DNA of 64,000 nt from Veleropilina oligotropha. Lineage: Eukaryota. This document shows, in pieces, positions 32,001 through 47,000 of the stretch; positions within the stretch are counted from its first letter, which is position 1, and the number at the start of each line of letters is the position of its first letter. The stretch spans positions 372,001-436,000 of the forward strand of contig JBEUKZ010000096.1 in assembly GCA_048128005.1 (NCBI GenBank). The letters are read 5' to 3'. The notes below the pieces were generated by a model. That model was not told the DNA's origin, searched no databases, and saw only the letters and a list, made by a program, of their open reading frames with translations. A program made the position numbers and the translations under genes.

Positions 32001-35000
32001 ATGTTTGTTGCTTTACTTGTGGATGTATATTGCTTTAATTGTGAATGTTTGTTGCTTTACTTGTGGATGTATATTGCTTTACTTGTGGATGTTTGTTGCT
32101 TTACTTGTGGATGTCTATTGCTTTACTTGTGGATGTATATTGCTTTACTTGTGGATGTTTGTGTCTTTACTTGTGGATGTTTATTGCTTTACTTGTGGAT
32201 GTTTGTGTCTTTACTTGTGGATGTTTGTGTCTTTACTTGTGGATGTTTATTGCTTTACTTGTGGATGTTTGTGTCTTTACTTGTGGATGTTTGTTGCTTT
32301 ACTTGTGGATGTTTGTGTCTTTACTTGTGGATGTTTGTTGCTTTACTTGTGGATGTTTGTGTCTTTACTTGTGGATGTTTATTGCTTTACTTGTGGATGT
32401 TTGTGTCTTTACTTGTGGATGTTTGTTGCTTTACTTGTGGATGTTTGTGTCTTTACTTGTGGATGTTTGTGTCTTTACTTGTGGATGTTTATTGCTTTAC
32501 TTGTGGATGTTTGTGTCTTTACTTGTGGATGTTTGTTGCTTTACTTGTGGATGTTTGTGTCTTTACTTGTGGATGTTTATTGCTTTACTTGTGGATGTTT
32601 GTGTCTTTACTTGTGGATGTTTGTTGCTTTACTTGTGGATGTTTGTTGCTTTACTTGTGGATGTTTGTGTCTTTACTTGTGGATGTTTATTGCTTTACTT
32701 GTGGATGTTTGTGTCTTTACTTGTGGATGTTTGTTGCTTTACTTGTGGATGTTTGTGTCTTTACTTGTGGATGTTTGTGTCTTTACTTGTGGATGTTTAT
32801 TGCTTCACTTGTGGATGTTTGTTGCTTTACTTGTGGATGTTTGTGTCTTTACTTGTGGAAGTTTGTTGCTTTACTTGTGGATGTATATTGCTTTACTTGT
32901 GGATGTTTGTTGCTTTACTTGTGGATGTTTGTTGCTTTACTTGTGGATGTTTGTTGCTTTACTTGTGGATTTTTGTTGCTTTACTTGTGGATGTTTGTGT
33001 CTTTACTTGTGGATGTTTGTTGCTTTACTTGTGGATGTTTGTGTCTTTACTTGTGGATGTTTGTTGCTTTACTTGTGGATGTTTGTTGCTTTACTTGTGG
33101 ATGTTTGTTGCTTTACTTGTGGATGTTTGTTGCTTTACTTGTGGATGTTTGTTGCTTTACTTGTGGATGTTTGTTGCTTTACTTGTGAATATTTGTTTCG
33201 TTTCTACTGCAATAGTTCAATAATTAAAATTTTTGCTTGTTTCATTAACTCTGAACAGTTGTTAGTATCAATTCCTGTAGCATTAACAACAAGCCCTTCG
33301 ACTACGCCATAATCTCCCGGCGGTGCGTGTTCAGGGCCGGAACGCGGTTCTTTATGCGGGGGATAGACGGGGAAGGACAGGCTGCCAACTTCGTGGAAAC
33401 GGAGCAGCTAGTGCAATATATGGGCCACTCGTGTTCGCACGTGCAGGTAACAACCGTCCTCGATAGATTAACTGGCAGAGGATCGAAAAAACATTACATG
33501 ATATGGTAGGATAATAATAATAATAATGGACAATTATATTGCGCCGTATCCGCTCACGAATGCACGCTTACAGCGCTATCACATAATTACCCCTGATTAT
33601 CAGCCTGTTCTGATATAGAACTCATCTCAACTCTCTGAGAGAGCATTACAGTCAAGCTGCCACTGCCAGGCGCTACGAATAATTATCACACCGACCAGGT
33701 ACCCCTTTAGATCGGCTGGGTGAACCGAGGCAAATATGTTCTTATTTCCTTGCCCAAGTGAAATCGCCGAGTTTTGGGGGCGAACGCGAGACTCTGCCAC
33801 CAGAGTCCTGAGAACAACCCACTGGGCCAAGACGGCACATAGGATGGGATCGATTCCTGCTCAGGCGTGGCTTATTCTAATGCTTAAAACGAATTGAAGG
33901 GATGGCGTAAAACCTGTTACCCGGACTTTGAAGGAGACTATAGATACTACTGAAATATTGTTTAAGAAGCAGTCGTAAAACTCAACTGATTCACAAAACC
34001 TCACATCATGTGCAGGTAAATGTTACAGACTGAAGTCTTGATCATTTTAGCACAATTTAAGTGAGTTTACAAGATATATTGTTCAAAGAAAATTGTTCTA
34101 TGCATCATTAATCACTAAGAAAACTCTTTAAGTGGCTACATTTTCATTTATACAGACTCGCGGCTCTATACCACTGTTTTGGTCTCAAAGACCAAATCTG
34201 AAATATAAGCCAACACCAGTAATCAATGATGCAAATCACGTAAGTTGACGTCATCATGGAAAATTTCCTGGAAATGCTAGTGAATAACCTTTACGAATGA
34301 TGTCTGATTTGCTGTGTGATATTTTAGTATCAGGCCGCTTCGGCAGCGCAGTGGGTAGAGTGTCCACTCTAAATTCTCTGTCTTGATTCCGCTAATGCGA
34401 ACAGTAGTGGGTTCAATACCTGGCTGAGGCATTGAAATTTGTTCAAGTTATGAATCACAGTTGTCCGTGACTGGCCGAAGACGGCGGGTTTACCCGGGCG
34501 ACCGGGGTTTCCTCCCGCGATAACACGGACATGTCCTGCCTTGAACCTCGATGTTGTAAATATACAGGACATTTAGCATCATTCCTCCCTCACTTTAGTA
34601 TCATGCTATTTCTCAACATTTTCAATTTCCTGTGGAAGGCTACGGGGTCATCAGTTTAAATAAATTATGTACAGTTTTTAATTTTCTCTCAAATTCTATG
34701 GGATTACCTGAGAGAATGATTGGTTGACAAGGTGTGCTTTAAATATATCTTCTTTAGCAAAAGAGTGTTTTATTATCAATAAGTAATTGATTCACAAATG
34801 ACGACCCTGATTTACAGATATGAACTGTTATTTTTTGTCATGGTTGTATAGTACAATATATTATATATATACCAGTGGTTTTCTCACGCTTTTTTTGCGC
34901 AGTTTTCTGAGACCCTGTATCACATTCCCATCTGATGCGGATTCAGAAAATGCTTATAATTTCTAAATGGTTGCTATGGAAACACTTCATTCTTGTGATT

Positions 35001-38000
35001 AGTTTGCCGCAAAAACTCCGAATACACTCGAGGTTTCCGATGTGCCAGAATCCACACAATACTGATAACATCATTATATTTTATCTCACAGATGGATGGC
35101 TTTCAGAGACATTTCAACACACAAATATTTATCTACGGAAAGCAAGTGATCATCAATCTGGTATGGTTTGGTTGCATATATATTTTAAAGAGACTATTGC
35201 CCATAAATGCGCTCAACTAACAGCATTACACTTTTTGTTTATAACATAAAAAGTTAGGAATTTTCAACATTCAACTTTCGTCAGTAATTTTCTACCGTTT
35301 AAATTAATCGCTACTGAATATTTAAAAATAATAAAACGCGGTCCGCGTTTAATTACCTCGCACTGAGTTCATTCCAATTGACCTAGTTGGAGCACAGTTG
35401 CGTTGGTTTCTGCTCGTCAAGTAAGATAGCTTTCTACTTGACAATAACATATATTGCCCAGTTACAATAATAATTTCAATAAAAGTCTATCATTTGATCA
35501 TATATCGATCATATCTTCGCAAAATTTGTATCAATCTTCACGAACCGGGCGATGGATGGTGTCAGGACAACTCGTACCAGAGACAACTCGTGCGGAAGAG
35601 CACATTTACGGGAAATAGTCTCTTTAAGAAAGGTTTACATGCAATCTTGATACACCACACATTTATAGCAAACTTGGCAAAGTATTAAGCCTTTTATAAT
35701 TTGCTTTTGAGGAACATTTCATGACACAAATACCATAATGCAAAAATATGTTGGTTTGGAAGTTTTAACGAGAACCTTTGAATATTATTTTGGTTATTTA
35801 TATCACAATTTCTTGCACAAGAAATCTTAACCAATGATAGCAAATGTTCGTAAACGAAATTACAGATCATAGTTATTGTTAAATGTCTTAAATTGGTTGT
35901 ACTTGTAGATCGACCACAAAGGTGTAGAAGATCTTCTAGGAAAAGCTTTGGCCCAGACTGTGATCAACTCTCAAAACAATAGTATCAGGTAAAGTACGTT
36001 ATGATTGTCAGAGAATGGTGTTAAATCAAATACAGGGTGTAATTAATAACAGCCTATGGGTCTTTTGTAAACATAAATTTATTGCTATGGGTTTTAATTG
36101 CTCAAGACATGTTTTCGCAAACAAATAATCATGCATTAAATTTGTCTTTCTGTCTGGTACCTGATGCTCGAGTACTGATACTATATGGATTTTTATAGAA
36201 AAAGACAAACAATGTACAGGAATTTACTTTTCTCTATTTATATTTGCACGTTACATAACTTATTTTATTGGTACTGTAACGAAGAGTATTTACAGTTTTC
36301 TACACACATTCCTGTTATTCTCCTGTAGATATGAATCCTTTGATTTTCACCACGAATGCCGGAAGATGAGGTGGGACCGACTGAGTATCCTCATGGAGAA
36401 GGTAGCAAATGACCGGAGGAAATTCAGGTATGAATACCGATGATGTTTCATAAGCCTGTGCTATATATACATCCCAACCATCGGATTTAGCCAACATCAC
36501 AACACGGTTGCATAAGGCGGGCACCAATTTTGATGTGGAATGGATAACTCGAAAGCCAGCTGGTCAGAGTAACATTTGGTATTGAGTCGGCCAGGGGGCA
36601 TTATGCTTTTGGGCGTGCGTGCGTGCGTCCGTAACAGATTGAACTCGCCTATCTTTTTCGATGTTAATCATGAGCGACCTTCTTCAAACTTAATATCAGG
36701 CTCTCGCGCACCTACATCCCTGCAAACGTTGCGTGGGGTGTGCGATTAATAGCGTGCGTGGAAAAATCGATAAAACAATGCTTTCCAACATATTTAAATT
36801 TACGACGCAGCAAACGTACAATATATTACTTACTAAATCAGTTTTTGTCTCGCCCGAAGGGAAAGAGACTATAGGTATTGCTTTTCTGTCGGCGACGGCG
36901 TCGGTAACAATTGTTAAAGTTTTGCGTTTAGCTCTGTTTCTCAAAATGTATAAGATCTCGATCAACATAACTTGGACCATAGATGCTTCATGGGTACTGT
37001 TATGTACCGAATGCTTCGGATACTTGATATATAACCTAGATTTTATGTACCGTGACTTTGTAATCATTGTAATCTGTGTTAAGTTTTTACGTTAAGGTTT
37101 TGCGTTTAGCTCTGTTTCTCAAAAAGTTTATGTTCTAGATCAACATAATATGGACTATAGATGTTTCATAGGTCCTGTTGTGTAATGAATCCTTTGGATG
37201 GTTGATATTTTACCTAGATATTATGTACCGTGACTTTGTAATCATAGTAATCTGTGTTAAGTTATTACGTTAAGTTTTTGCGTTTAGCTCTATTCGTCAA
37301 AAGATATGTGTTCCAGATCAATGAAACTTAGACCATACATGTTTCATAAGTGTATGAGATGAGGGAAGCACATACATGTTAATCCTTCTGCTTCGTCCCC
37401 CCCCCTCACCACCACCCCTCATGCCCACCCCCCCCCCCAAAAAAAAAATATGAAGTTACATGATTTTTTTTTTTCGCTACACCTACACACTAGAGCAGTT
37501 ATTCTGAAAAGTTTAATTATGCATTGAAATATTGAGGATAGAAAAGTAACAGAGATATATTCCTTTTTTTGTTAATTTACTATGTAAGTATTATGTGTGT
37601 ACGATAAAAGGGACATATGCTTATCTGTAAGACTTGCTCACTGCCAATAGGCATAGTAACCTGTTAAGCTTAATGGTCTTTCTGAGAAGCTGGGATTATC
37701 AAAATTAGATGAATTTTGAAAACTGGCTTCCCCATTGGTTTATTCCATGGGTATCCAATGAGATGGCAGTATATATTGCCATTGCAAGAACAGATTGTAT
37801 CCAGTGTCTAATATCACCCTCCTGAAGCGGTCAGGATTCAAATTATTGTATGATACAATAACATTGCAATTTAATTACCTATGATGAGGACACAACCGTA
37901 ACAATTTTCTTCTTTTTTAATTCAAGATGGATGTCAACAGTTGTAATCTGATTTCATATGCACATTATTGTCTCGCCCCGAAGGGAAAGCGAGACTTAGG

Positions 38001-41000
38001 GATTACATTTTCCGGCGTCGGCGTCGTGTCATTTTCGGTTAAAGTTTTTTCGGTTAAAGTTTTTGATTGAATGGAATTTTCTGATACATTGATATATATA
38101 TTTAAAGGGCGAGACATATCGGACCGTGGTTCTTGTTTATTCATGTTCTAAGTTTCCATCGCGTATGCCGGAAGTAGACATGTCATTCCATTCGCGTTTC
38201 TTTTTAAACCAGTATTGGTAGCTGGCAAACTTTGTGTTTCGACCAGAAGAATAAATAAATGAATTTGCGTTAAAAAAGAATTTCCGTTATATGCCATTAT
38301 CATGAATTCGTATTGTCACTATAACAAGCAGAGCGTGTTTTGCTTATTAGATATAGTATTTCGACGAACTTTCCGAGTTTCGGAAGAAGGAATAAAATGC
38401 AATCATAGCACACGTGCTCGCGGTGTCGGCGCAGTTATCTCTGGCAGGTTTCATCTCGCGATAATATGGACATGTCCTGCCTCGAACCTGAAGGTTGTAA
38501 ATATACAGGACACTAAGCATCAATCCAATCAATCTATAACAATTAAAAACATCCTTTCGTGACCCTCTCTGTAAATATTTGACATGACATGCATGTATGT
38601 CAGACACGTTGTTAGTGGGTCATATAATCTCATTTCATCATAATCTGGCTCTTTATTTTTTTGGAAGATCATCACTCGCCTGAAAAAAATCACTCCTGCA
38701 ACAGTTGATCTGCGGGATTGATTTATCACTCACCTTCAGTTTACAAAAATGAAGGCCTGTAATCAGGCCCGTAGCTAGCATTGAGGCAACCGAGGCTACT
38801 GCCTCGGTCCTATTTTCCTAACAAATGTTTATTTTCCTGCTGTATATTACTTACCTAATAAATAAATAAAAACTAGTATTAATTGATCATATAAAGTAAG
38901 AAAAATCCGGGGAGAAATCCAACTGTTGACCGTGTAATTTTTCCCCATTTACAACCGTAGGTGATATGTTTTCAATAAAGTTTGTCATGACGGTCCACGT
39001 TAGCTTCCGTATATTTTAGCCGCACACTTTTTGCGATAACATCGAACGTGTCAAGTATGTTCTGTTCAAGTATCCGCAGGCATAGGCGTAGGAAGTGTAG
39101 GGGGGTGGCAGAAGTATGATTTTGCCCCCTCCCCCCACTATTGAAGTAGGCATACCTGTCTCCCAAAACTCTCCAATTATGAGGCAAATAAAGTGGTCAA
39201 TATATAGCCCAGAATGCAGGAAAACGCATTAAGACCTTCTACAGTTAAAAAATCCCCCCCCTAGGAAATTCGGGCCCTTCGGGCCCTCAATGCTCACAGC
39301 CTTTGGCCGTTCGCTATTTCCCCCCCCCCCAATTTTCAACATTTCGCCTCGTCTTGAATTAGACTCTGGCTACGGCCCTGGTAATATGCTATTATATATA
39401 AGTATGAACTATCATGAGTTCGAATATTGAATGAAAATATTTATTTTTTACCACATTTTTTACATTTTTGAACCTAGTCTCTGGAGCTTCATTTCTGATC
39501 TCATGTTATTAGAAACTCACCTAACGTTTTTGATGTTAATCAATAGCCATCTTCTTCAAACATCATAAGCTATTATATATAAGTATGAACTATCATGATT
39601 TCGAATATTGAATGAAAATATTTATTTTACTACATTTTTTACGTTTCTGAATGTAGTCTCTGGAGCGTAATTTCTATCTCGTGCTATAAGAAACTCACCT
39701 AACTTTTTCGATGTTAATCAATAGCCACTGTCTTCAAACTTCATATGCTAAATATATAAGTATGAACTATCATGAGTTCCAATATTGAATGAAAATATGT
39801 ATTTTTACCGCATCTTTCACGCTTTTGGACATAGTCTCTGGAGCGTAATTTCTTATATCATACTATAAGAAACTCACCTATCTTTTTCGATGTTATTCAA
39901 AAGCCATATCATTCAAACTTGATAAGCTATTTGATATATGTATGAACTATCATGAGTTCGAATATTGAATGAAAACATTTATTTTTACCACATTTTTTAA
40001 CGTTTTTCAGCATAGTCTCTGGCGCTTCATTTCTGATCTTATGCTCTAAGAAACTCACCTAACTTTTTTTATGTTAATCAATAGCCATCTTCTTCAAACT
40101 TCATAAGCTATTATATATAAGTATGAACTATCATGTGTTTGAATGTTGAATGAAAATATTTATTTTTTACTACATTTTTTACGTTTTTGAACATAGTCTC
40201 TAGAGCTGTAATAAACTCATCTAACTTTTCTATGGTAATCAATAGCCACCTTATTCAAACTTCATATGCTATTATATATAAGTATGAACTATCATGAGTT
40301 CGAATATGGAATGAAAAATATGTATATGTAATTTAGTAATGAAGCGGAATCAGTATCTTGAATTAACAAGGCTTCGCAAGTTTTGGGATGGGATGCCTGT
40401 GCTTTGTGCACTTTATACTTACAGTCAGCAGAATGATAGAACAACGACATCATCTTTTCCTTTTATAATGTTTAAGAACAGATATAGTGATGAAGCATCA
40501 ATGGCTTTGAACATATACCGGGGGCATCTGCAGTGTCGGTAGCCACATTTCTAGTTTATATTAAAGTCGGGGGGAGGGACATAGAGTTTGGTATTTCCAT
40601 CCGTCGGTCAATCCGGCCATTGGCATGATGATGTACTGCATGCTGTCTGTCTATATTTATGGTGCACATGTATATATTGACATTCAGTATTATCGATGTT
40701 TGCGTTTCCAGTTATTTCATGGTGACAAGAGATGGCACTGTTAATTCCCAACAGGAAGGCGTCTTCCGAACAAACTGCATGGACTGTCTGGACCGAACCA
40801 ACGTTGTACAGAGTCTGATTGCCACAGACATGTTGAATCAGCAGTTACAGGTAAGTGTTATTCATAAACAGCTAAATTCCACACAAAAAGTTAATTATGG
40901 AACTGATATTTGAATGTATTATAATAATAATTCCATGTCCAACTTTATGGGAATTATGTCACAGCATGGCAAGATGATGAAGACAACAATTTTTCAGTGA

Positions 41001-44000
41001 TAAATCGAGTCAATCAATTTTGAGTAATGAAATCAAATGACATTACATGTACCTTGACACTACATGTATTACGTTTCAAACTATCCTGAATATATGAAGC
41101 GTTCATTTACAAATCGCGATACAGTATATCCATTCTATGATATGTTTAAAAAATTGGAAATAAAGTTATAAATTGCGTTATGAAATGAATAGACTATTTT
41201 ATGGCTAAAATTTTGTGTGCTAGATCGCGGTATGATAACAAAGGCATCCGATTATGCTATATATCTATTGCAAGCTATAAATATAACACCACTTTCATAC
41301 TATTAGAAAATGGAGTATATCGCGTTTTTGAAATGAACTCGTCATATATACAAATCAATTTCAGGTTGATGAGTTAATGTTTAACTTAAGTAAGAGGAGG
41401 TATGTAGCAACTATTTCAGAAATCGCTGTATGAAATGTATTCACGGTTATGTATCTATACAATCACACTGTATAAATGCACACATACATGCAGGCGAACA
41501 CAATAAAAGGGATTGATTACCATCATTTATAACAGCCAATCAGCAGCGAGCAATCAACAGACAACCAATCGGCAGTCAATCAATCACAAACAACCAATCA
41601 GCAAGGAGTGATAACTTGATTATTTTGTTATTTTCTTTTTCAGAAATTTGAAATTCTTGAAAACGGACAAAGTGTACTGCAGCATAAAACATTTGACGTT
41701 GTTTTCAAAAATGGTAAACAGGTCTTCCTTTATGACAATGTTTAAGGGACTTGTTTCCCTAAACCATTCCCAGTATTATAGTTCTGTGTCACCAGAATCA
41801 CTGTCTGAGCATGCATTGTACCCTGCACACTAGGTTAACCAAGCCCTGTTTACACATCCCAATGAAGGATTTTATCGAAAGTTTTCATTTATCAGTGATA
41901 GTTGTCCATGCTAGATGCCCAACATGCTTATATATACATTTTTTGCACTAAACAATTGAAGTCTTGTTCAGGGTCATACCAGGACGTGTGTATATTGTTG
42001 AGGGAAGTAAGCCTTGTTACCTGGAAAACCCCATTGGCCTCTACAAGTTATGGACAACCAAGGCTGTTACACAAATCTGCTCTTGTTATACTCTATTTTT
42101 AAATGATGCATATTTTAACCAAATATCAGATTCCTAGTTGAACAGCCCTTACCTGTAATTGTTTGTGGTTGACAGGTTTCAGTCGAATACTGTTTTCTGT
42201 AAATATTTTGTTATCCCCCACAGCAACGAAGTTGTCGGTGGATATAGAAACGAGTTCCGTCCATGCAAATTATCTTTTTCAGAGCATATCTCGTAATCCG
42301 CTCGACGTAACTTCATGAAACTTGGTGAATGGATTAAGTAGCACGTGAACTGGTGACTTTTGCTAATTTCGACGTTGTGCAACGATTATTAACAGAGTTA
42401 CTGCCCTTGTCTTAAATTCATTGTTATTACATTTTCCAGAGCGTATCTCATACACCGTTCGACATAACTGTACAAAACTTGCTGGGTATTTTAAGTAGAT
42501 GGTGAACTGGTGCCTTTTGCTAATTTTGATGTTGCACTGCGATTATTCAGAGTTATTGCCCTTGTTGAAAATTCGTTTATGTAATCTTTTTCGGAGCATA
42601 TCCGTTTGTGCAAATTACACGAAACTTGGTGAATGGATTAAGTACCAGCTGAACTGGTAACTTTTGTTAATTTTGACGTTGTGCAGCGATTATTAACAGA
42701 GTTACTGGCCTTGTCTTAAATTCTTTATTATTCTCTTTTCCGCAGCGTATGTCATACACTGCTCCACATTACTTGACGAAACTTGCTGCGTATGTTAAGT
42801 AGTTGGTGTACTGATGCCTTTTGCTAATTTCGACGTTGCACTCCACCTAATTGTCTTCACAGTTAGCAGTAATCATTGCGGGCGATATCAATGACTGTGT
42901 CTTCTTGTTGCTGTTTATTTAATTGGTATAATATCTAAAAGTTTAAAAAATAATTGCACTAAAAACATTGAGTGGGATGCTATTGTTATCCCCTGCAAAT
43001 TTTTTTTTCGGGTGATATTAAAATGCAGACCCTCCGTCCATGCAAATTATCTTTTCCGGAGCATATCTCATACATCGCTCAACATAACTTTTCAAAGCTT
43101 CCTGGGTGTATTAAGTACTCTGTGAACTGGTGCCTTTTACTTGTTTCGACGTCGTGTCGCTATTTATATTAACAGAGTTATTTCGATTGTTCTAAATTCG
43201 TTAATGTTATCATTTCCGGAGCGTAGCTCATACACCGCTTGACATAACTTTACGAAACTTGCTGGATGTATTCAGTAGTCTGTGAACTGGTGCCGTTTGC
43301 TAGTTACGACGTTGTGCGGCGATCATTAACAGAGTTATTCCCCTTGTTGTAAATTCATTAAAATGTTCTCTTTTCCGGAGCATAGCTCATACACCACTCG
43401 ACATAACTTTACGAAACTTGCTGGATATATTAAGTAGTCAATGAACTGGTGCCTTTTGCTAGTTTCGACGTTGTGTGGTGATCATAAACAGAGTTACTGT
43501 CCTTGTTGTTAATTTGTTACTGTTCTCCTTTCTGAAGCGTATCTCATAAACCACTTGGCATAACTTTATGCAATTTGGTGGGTGTATTAAGCAGTTGTTG
43601 AACTGGTGCCTTTCGTTAATTTCGACGTTGTACGTCAAATATTCACAGAGTTATTGCCCTTGCTTTAATTTTGTTATTCCCAACTGTATCTCATACAGTC
43701 CTTGACTTATCGTTACGAAACTTGGTGAGTGTATTCAGTAGTTGGTTAACTGGTGCCTTTTCATATTTTTAACATACATGGCGTCATGGTTAATGACATA
43801 GTTATTGCCCTTGTTATTATTTAAATCAACTATATTTCAAGAATATACAGCATATAGTAATTATTGTGAATGTATCATTGCGGGGGATATTGATGGCTTT
43901 GTCTTCTTGTTTTTCATTCAGTCTGGGCTGACAATGCAGACACGTGCTCTGTTCAGTATGCAGGGACATATGCGCTGAAGACAGATTTCACGAGGTTTGT

Positions 44001-47000
44001 TGTATGCTGTGGGCCTTTGTATGCTGTGTTTGTGTGTGTTATTTAAAAAAAAAAGAGTATTGATTACAGTTTTTATACGCCGGTTTAGGGGACGTATTAT
44101 GTTTTCTTTCACCCACGTTGGGCGGGTGGATATAAGTTGTCCGCTCAATAACTGGAGTAATTTTCCACAGCTCAAGTTCGACAGCCAGCGTCATCAGACC
44201 TTTAGAACTACAGTTATGGCCCTTGAAATATGTAAAATTGACATGTCCGCTCAATAACGCGAGTATTTTTATGCCCGCGCCAAAGTTTTTCGTTGAGTGT
44301 ATATGGGTTGTCCAAGGGACTTTTTAGTGTATGTATGCTTTCTTATAGGTTATATGGATATCATATGATACTCTCTCTGGCAATTGTATTTAATAAAATT
44401 TTATATATTTAATGAAAATATGATGGTCTCTTTGGACAATTTTTAACCCCAGCCTAAAAAAGGCTGGCCCAGGGTTATTGTCATCGCCCGAGGTGGACCG
44501 GCGGTTCATGTTGTCCGGCCTATATCTCGGCTACCAAACATGTTACCTTGATTTCATATGGTATGCTAACTACCCTTATCATACGCTAGTGCAAGGTGGT
44601 GAAATTTTTATTAAATTATTAAAGATGGCCGCCATGGTGGCCATTTTGTTATGAAGATTTTTCTTGTGTGCGCTCTATAGTGGAAAGTTCTTATCCGATC
44701 TCATTCAAATTCGGTATGGATGGTAGTTATTATGAGGACACACCGTCTAACGATATTCGTCGTTTTGGGATTCAAGATGGCCGCCATGGTGGCCATTTTG
44801 TTTTGAAGAAATTTCTTGTGTGCGCTATACAGTGAAAAGTTCTCAACCAATTTGATTCAAATTTGGTTTGTTGCAAGAGATTTGCATTCTGTTTGATGTT
44901 TTATCATTGAGTGCATTACTGCATACTGATTCATACATGAACTTTGTTGTTAGCCACCTTTTACTCTGGCAGTTTATTTATGGAATTTATTATAGCATAT
45001 TAAGCCACCACGCGGGCATTTTTGTGGCGTGCCACAACGTTTTTATAGTTTATTCATTCTTCACCAAACTTGGTAAAGATGTTTGTACTGATAATATCTA
45101 GGTCAAGTTCGATATACAACATCATCGGAACGTTAGAATCAGAGTTATCTTGAAATGACAGTATATGTTGCCATTATACAAGAGCAGATTGTATTCAGTG
45201 TTTAATGTCACTCTGGTCAACTTGTTGGGGTTCAAATTATCAGGTAATTTGACTCTTGAATTATGTAAATTATGCAAAATTGACTTTCTTCAGAGTCTGA
45301 TTGATGACTCTAACAAATATCATCCATCATTCATCACATTTGTTCATGCGAAAATGCTTCATTATTTTGCAAACAATTTGCTCGTGACTTCAATAAAACA
45401 TTGAGACGGGCGTATATTGTGACCTGGCACTCTTGTTAGTGTAATAAAAATGATATAACAAAACATTAATAGAGTAGATTTTGGTGTTTTCTTTTATGTC
45501 AATTCAAATATAACATGAAAGAAATTATAAACTTTGAAATATTTATTTATCAGATATTTGCCATAATTATGTAGACATGTTTGGTTCTTTTAAAAAGATT
45601 AACTGATTTATTTTACAGAACGGGAAAACGAACACAGATTGGATTAATAATGGATGGTGTCAACTCAGTGATGCGATACTTCAAAAACAACTTCAGCGAC
45701 GGATTCAGACAGGTGCGATTAGTAATGCTTGTGGTTCTCTTATTGGAAAATTGTTTGTAGTCAAATAATATTTATATCTAAGGAAATGAATATATACACA
45801 GTAAAAAAAGTGTTGCACCCCCTGTCTTTTTTCCAGGGTATGTCTATGATGTTTTTGATGTGATTGAAAGAAACCGGAATGAAAATTAGAACCCGGATGG
45901 TGCATACACCAACAAACCAGTCTTGTGCCTATAAAATGAACTTAAATGGGGTATCCCCTGACCACATGGTATGTAAGAATCTTGTGCTGAAGTATTGCAT
46001 TCAAATTCAAGAAAAACGAAAAGGATTTCGGTATGGTGAGAAATGAAAATTTAATGTCGAAACAAAACTTCCGATAGGTTGAAAGTGACCTACAGAGAAT
46101 GGACAAACACAAACAGTCAATATTGTGAACTTCTGCCCAGTACTTGGATAACAGCTTGCAGTCTTCGTCTCATACCCCTCACCAGACGTCGAAATCGTTC
46201 TATGGGCAGCTGCTGCCACTCTTCGTGCAATGCTGCTTCCAGTTCCCGCAAGTTCTGTGGAGGGGGATCCCTGCGTCATATCAGGCGTCCCAAAATGTCC
46301 CATATGTGTTCCAGGGGATTGAGATCTGAACTCATTGCTGGCCATGGGAGGTGCGTCAGTGCATTGTTCTGGATTACCTGGGTCACAGCTTGTGAACGAT
46401 GTGGCCGAGCATTATCATCCATGAATATTGGTCTGGTTGAAAGTGGATGATTGTCAAAATGGGGCACAACAATTGGATCAAGCACTTCCTGAATGTAGCG
46501 ATCGCCCGTTAAATTGCCTTGTATGGTCACTAGATCCAGCTTGCAATCAAATGAGAAGCAGCCCCATACCATAATCGATCCACCTCCATATGGTACCATC
46601 GGCATGATGGTTCTTGGTGTATAAGCTGTACCCGGATGCCTCCAAACTCTGACATCCACAACATGCAGAAGAAATCTGCTCTCGTCTGACCAGTGGACTT
46701 TTCTCCAAGACCTCAAGTTCCACCCTCTGTCTACACCAGGCTAGACGTAACCGCTTGTGGTTGTCTGTGAGTTGGGGTCGCTTGATAACTCTTCTGGACC
46801 TCGATCCAGCGGCCTTGAGTTGATTTCTCACTGTTTGATGGCTGATCTGACGATGAGGAAGCCATTGGCGTTTCAGGGTTGCACTTGTATCAAATGGATG
46901 CCGCCTTACCAATGCTCTGTCTGCCTGAAGGTCTGCGATTCTTTACGTCATTAGTCTGCGCATGTTTTCTCACCAGGCGGCTTATTGTGGAGCAATGACG

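Noticed and set aside
31394..33312. Long Cys/Leu-rich ORFs of 392-499 aa in all three + frames
   Set aside because: They arise from a stop-free 22-bp minisatellite inside a SAC1 intron and are not a protein.
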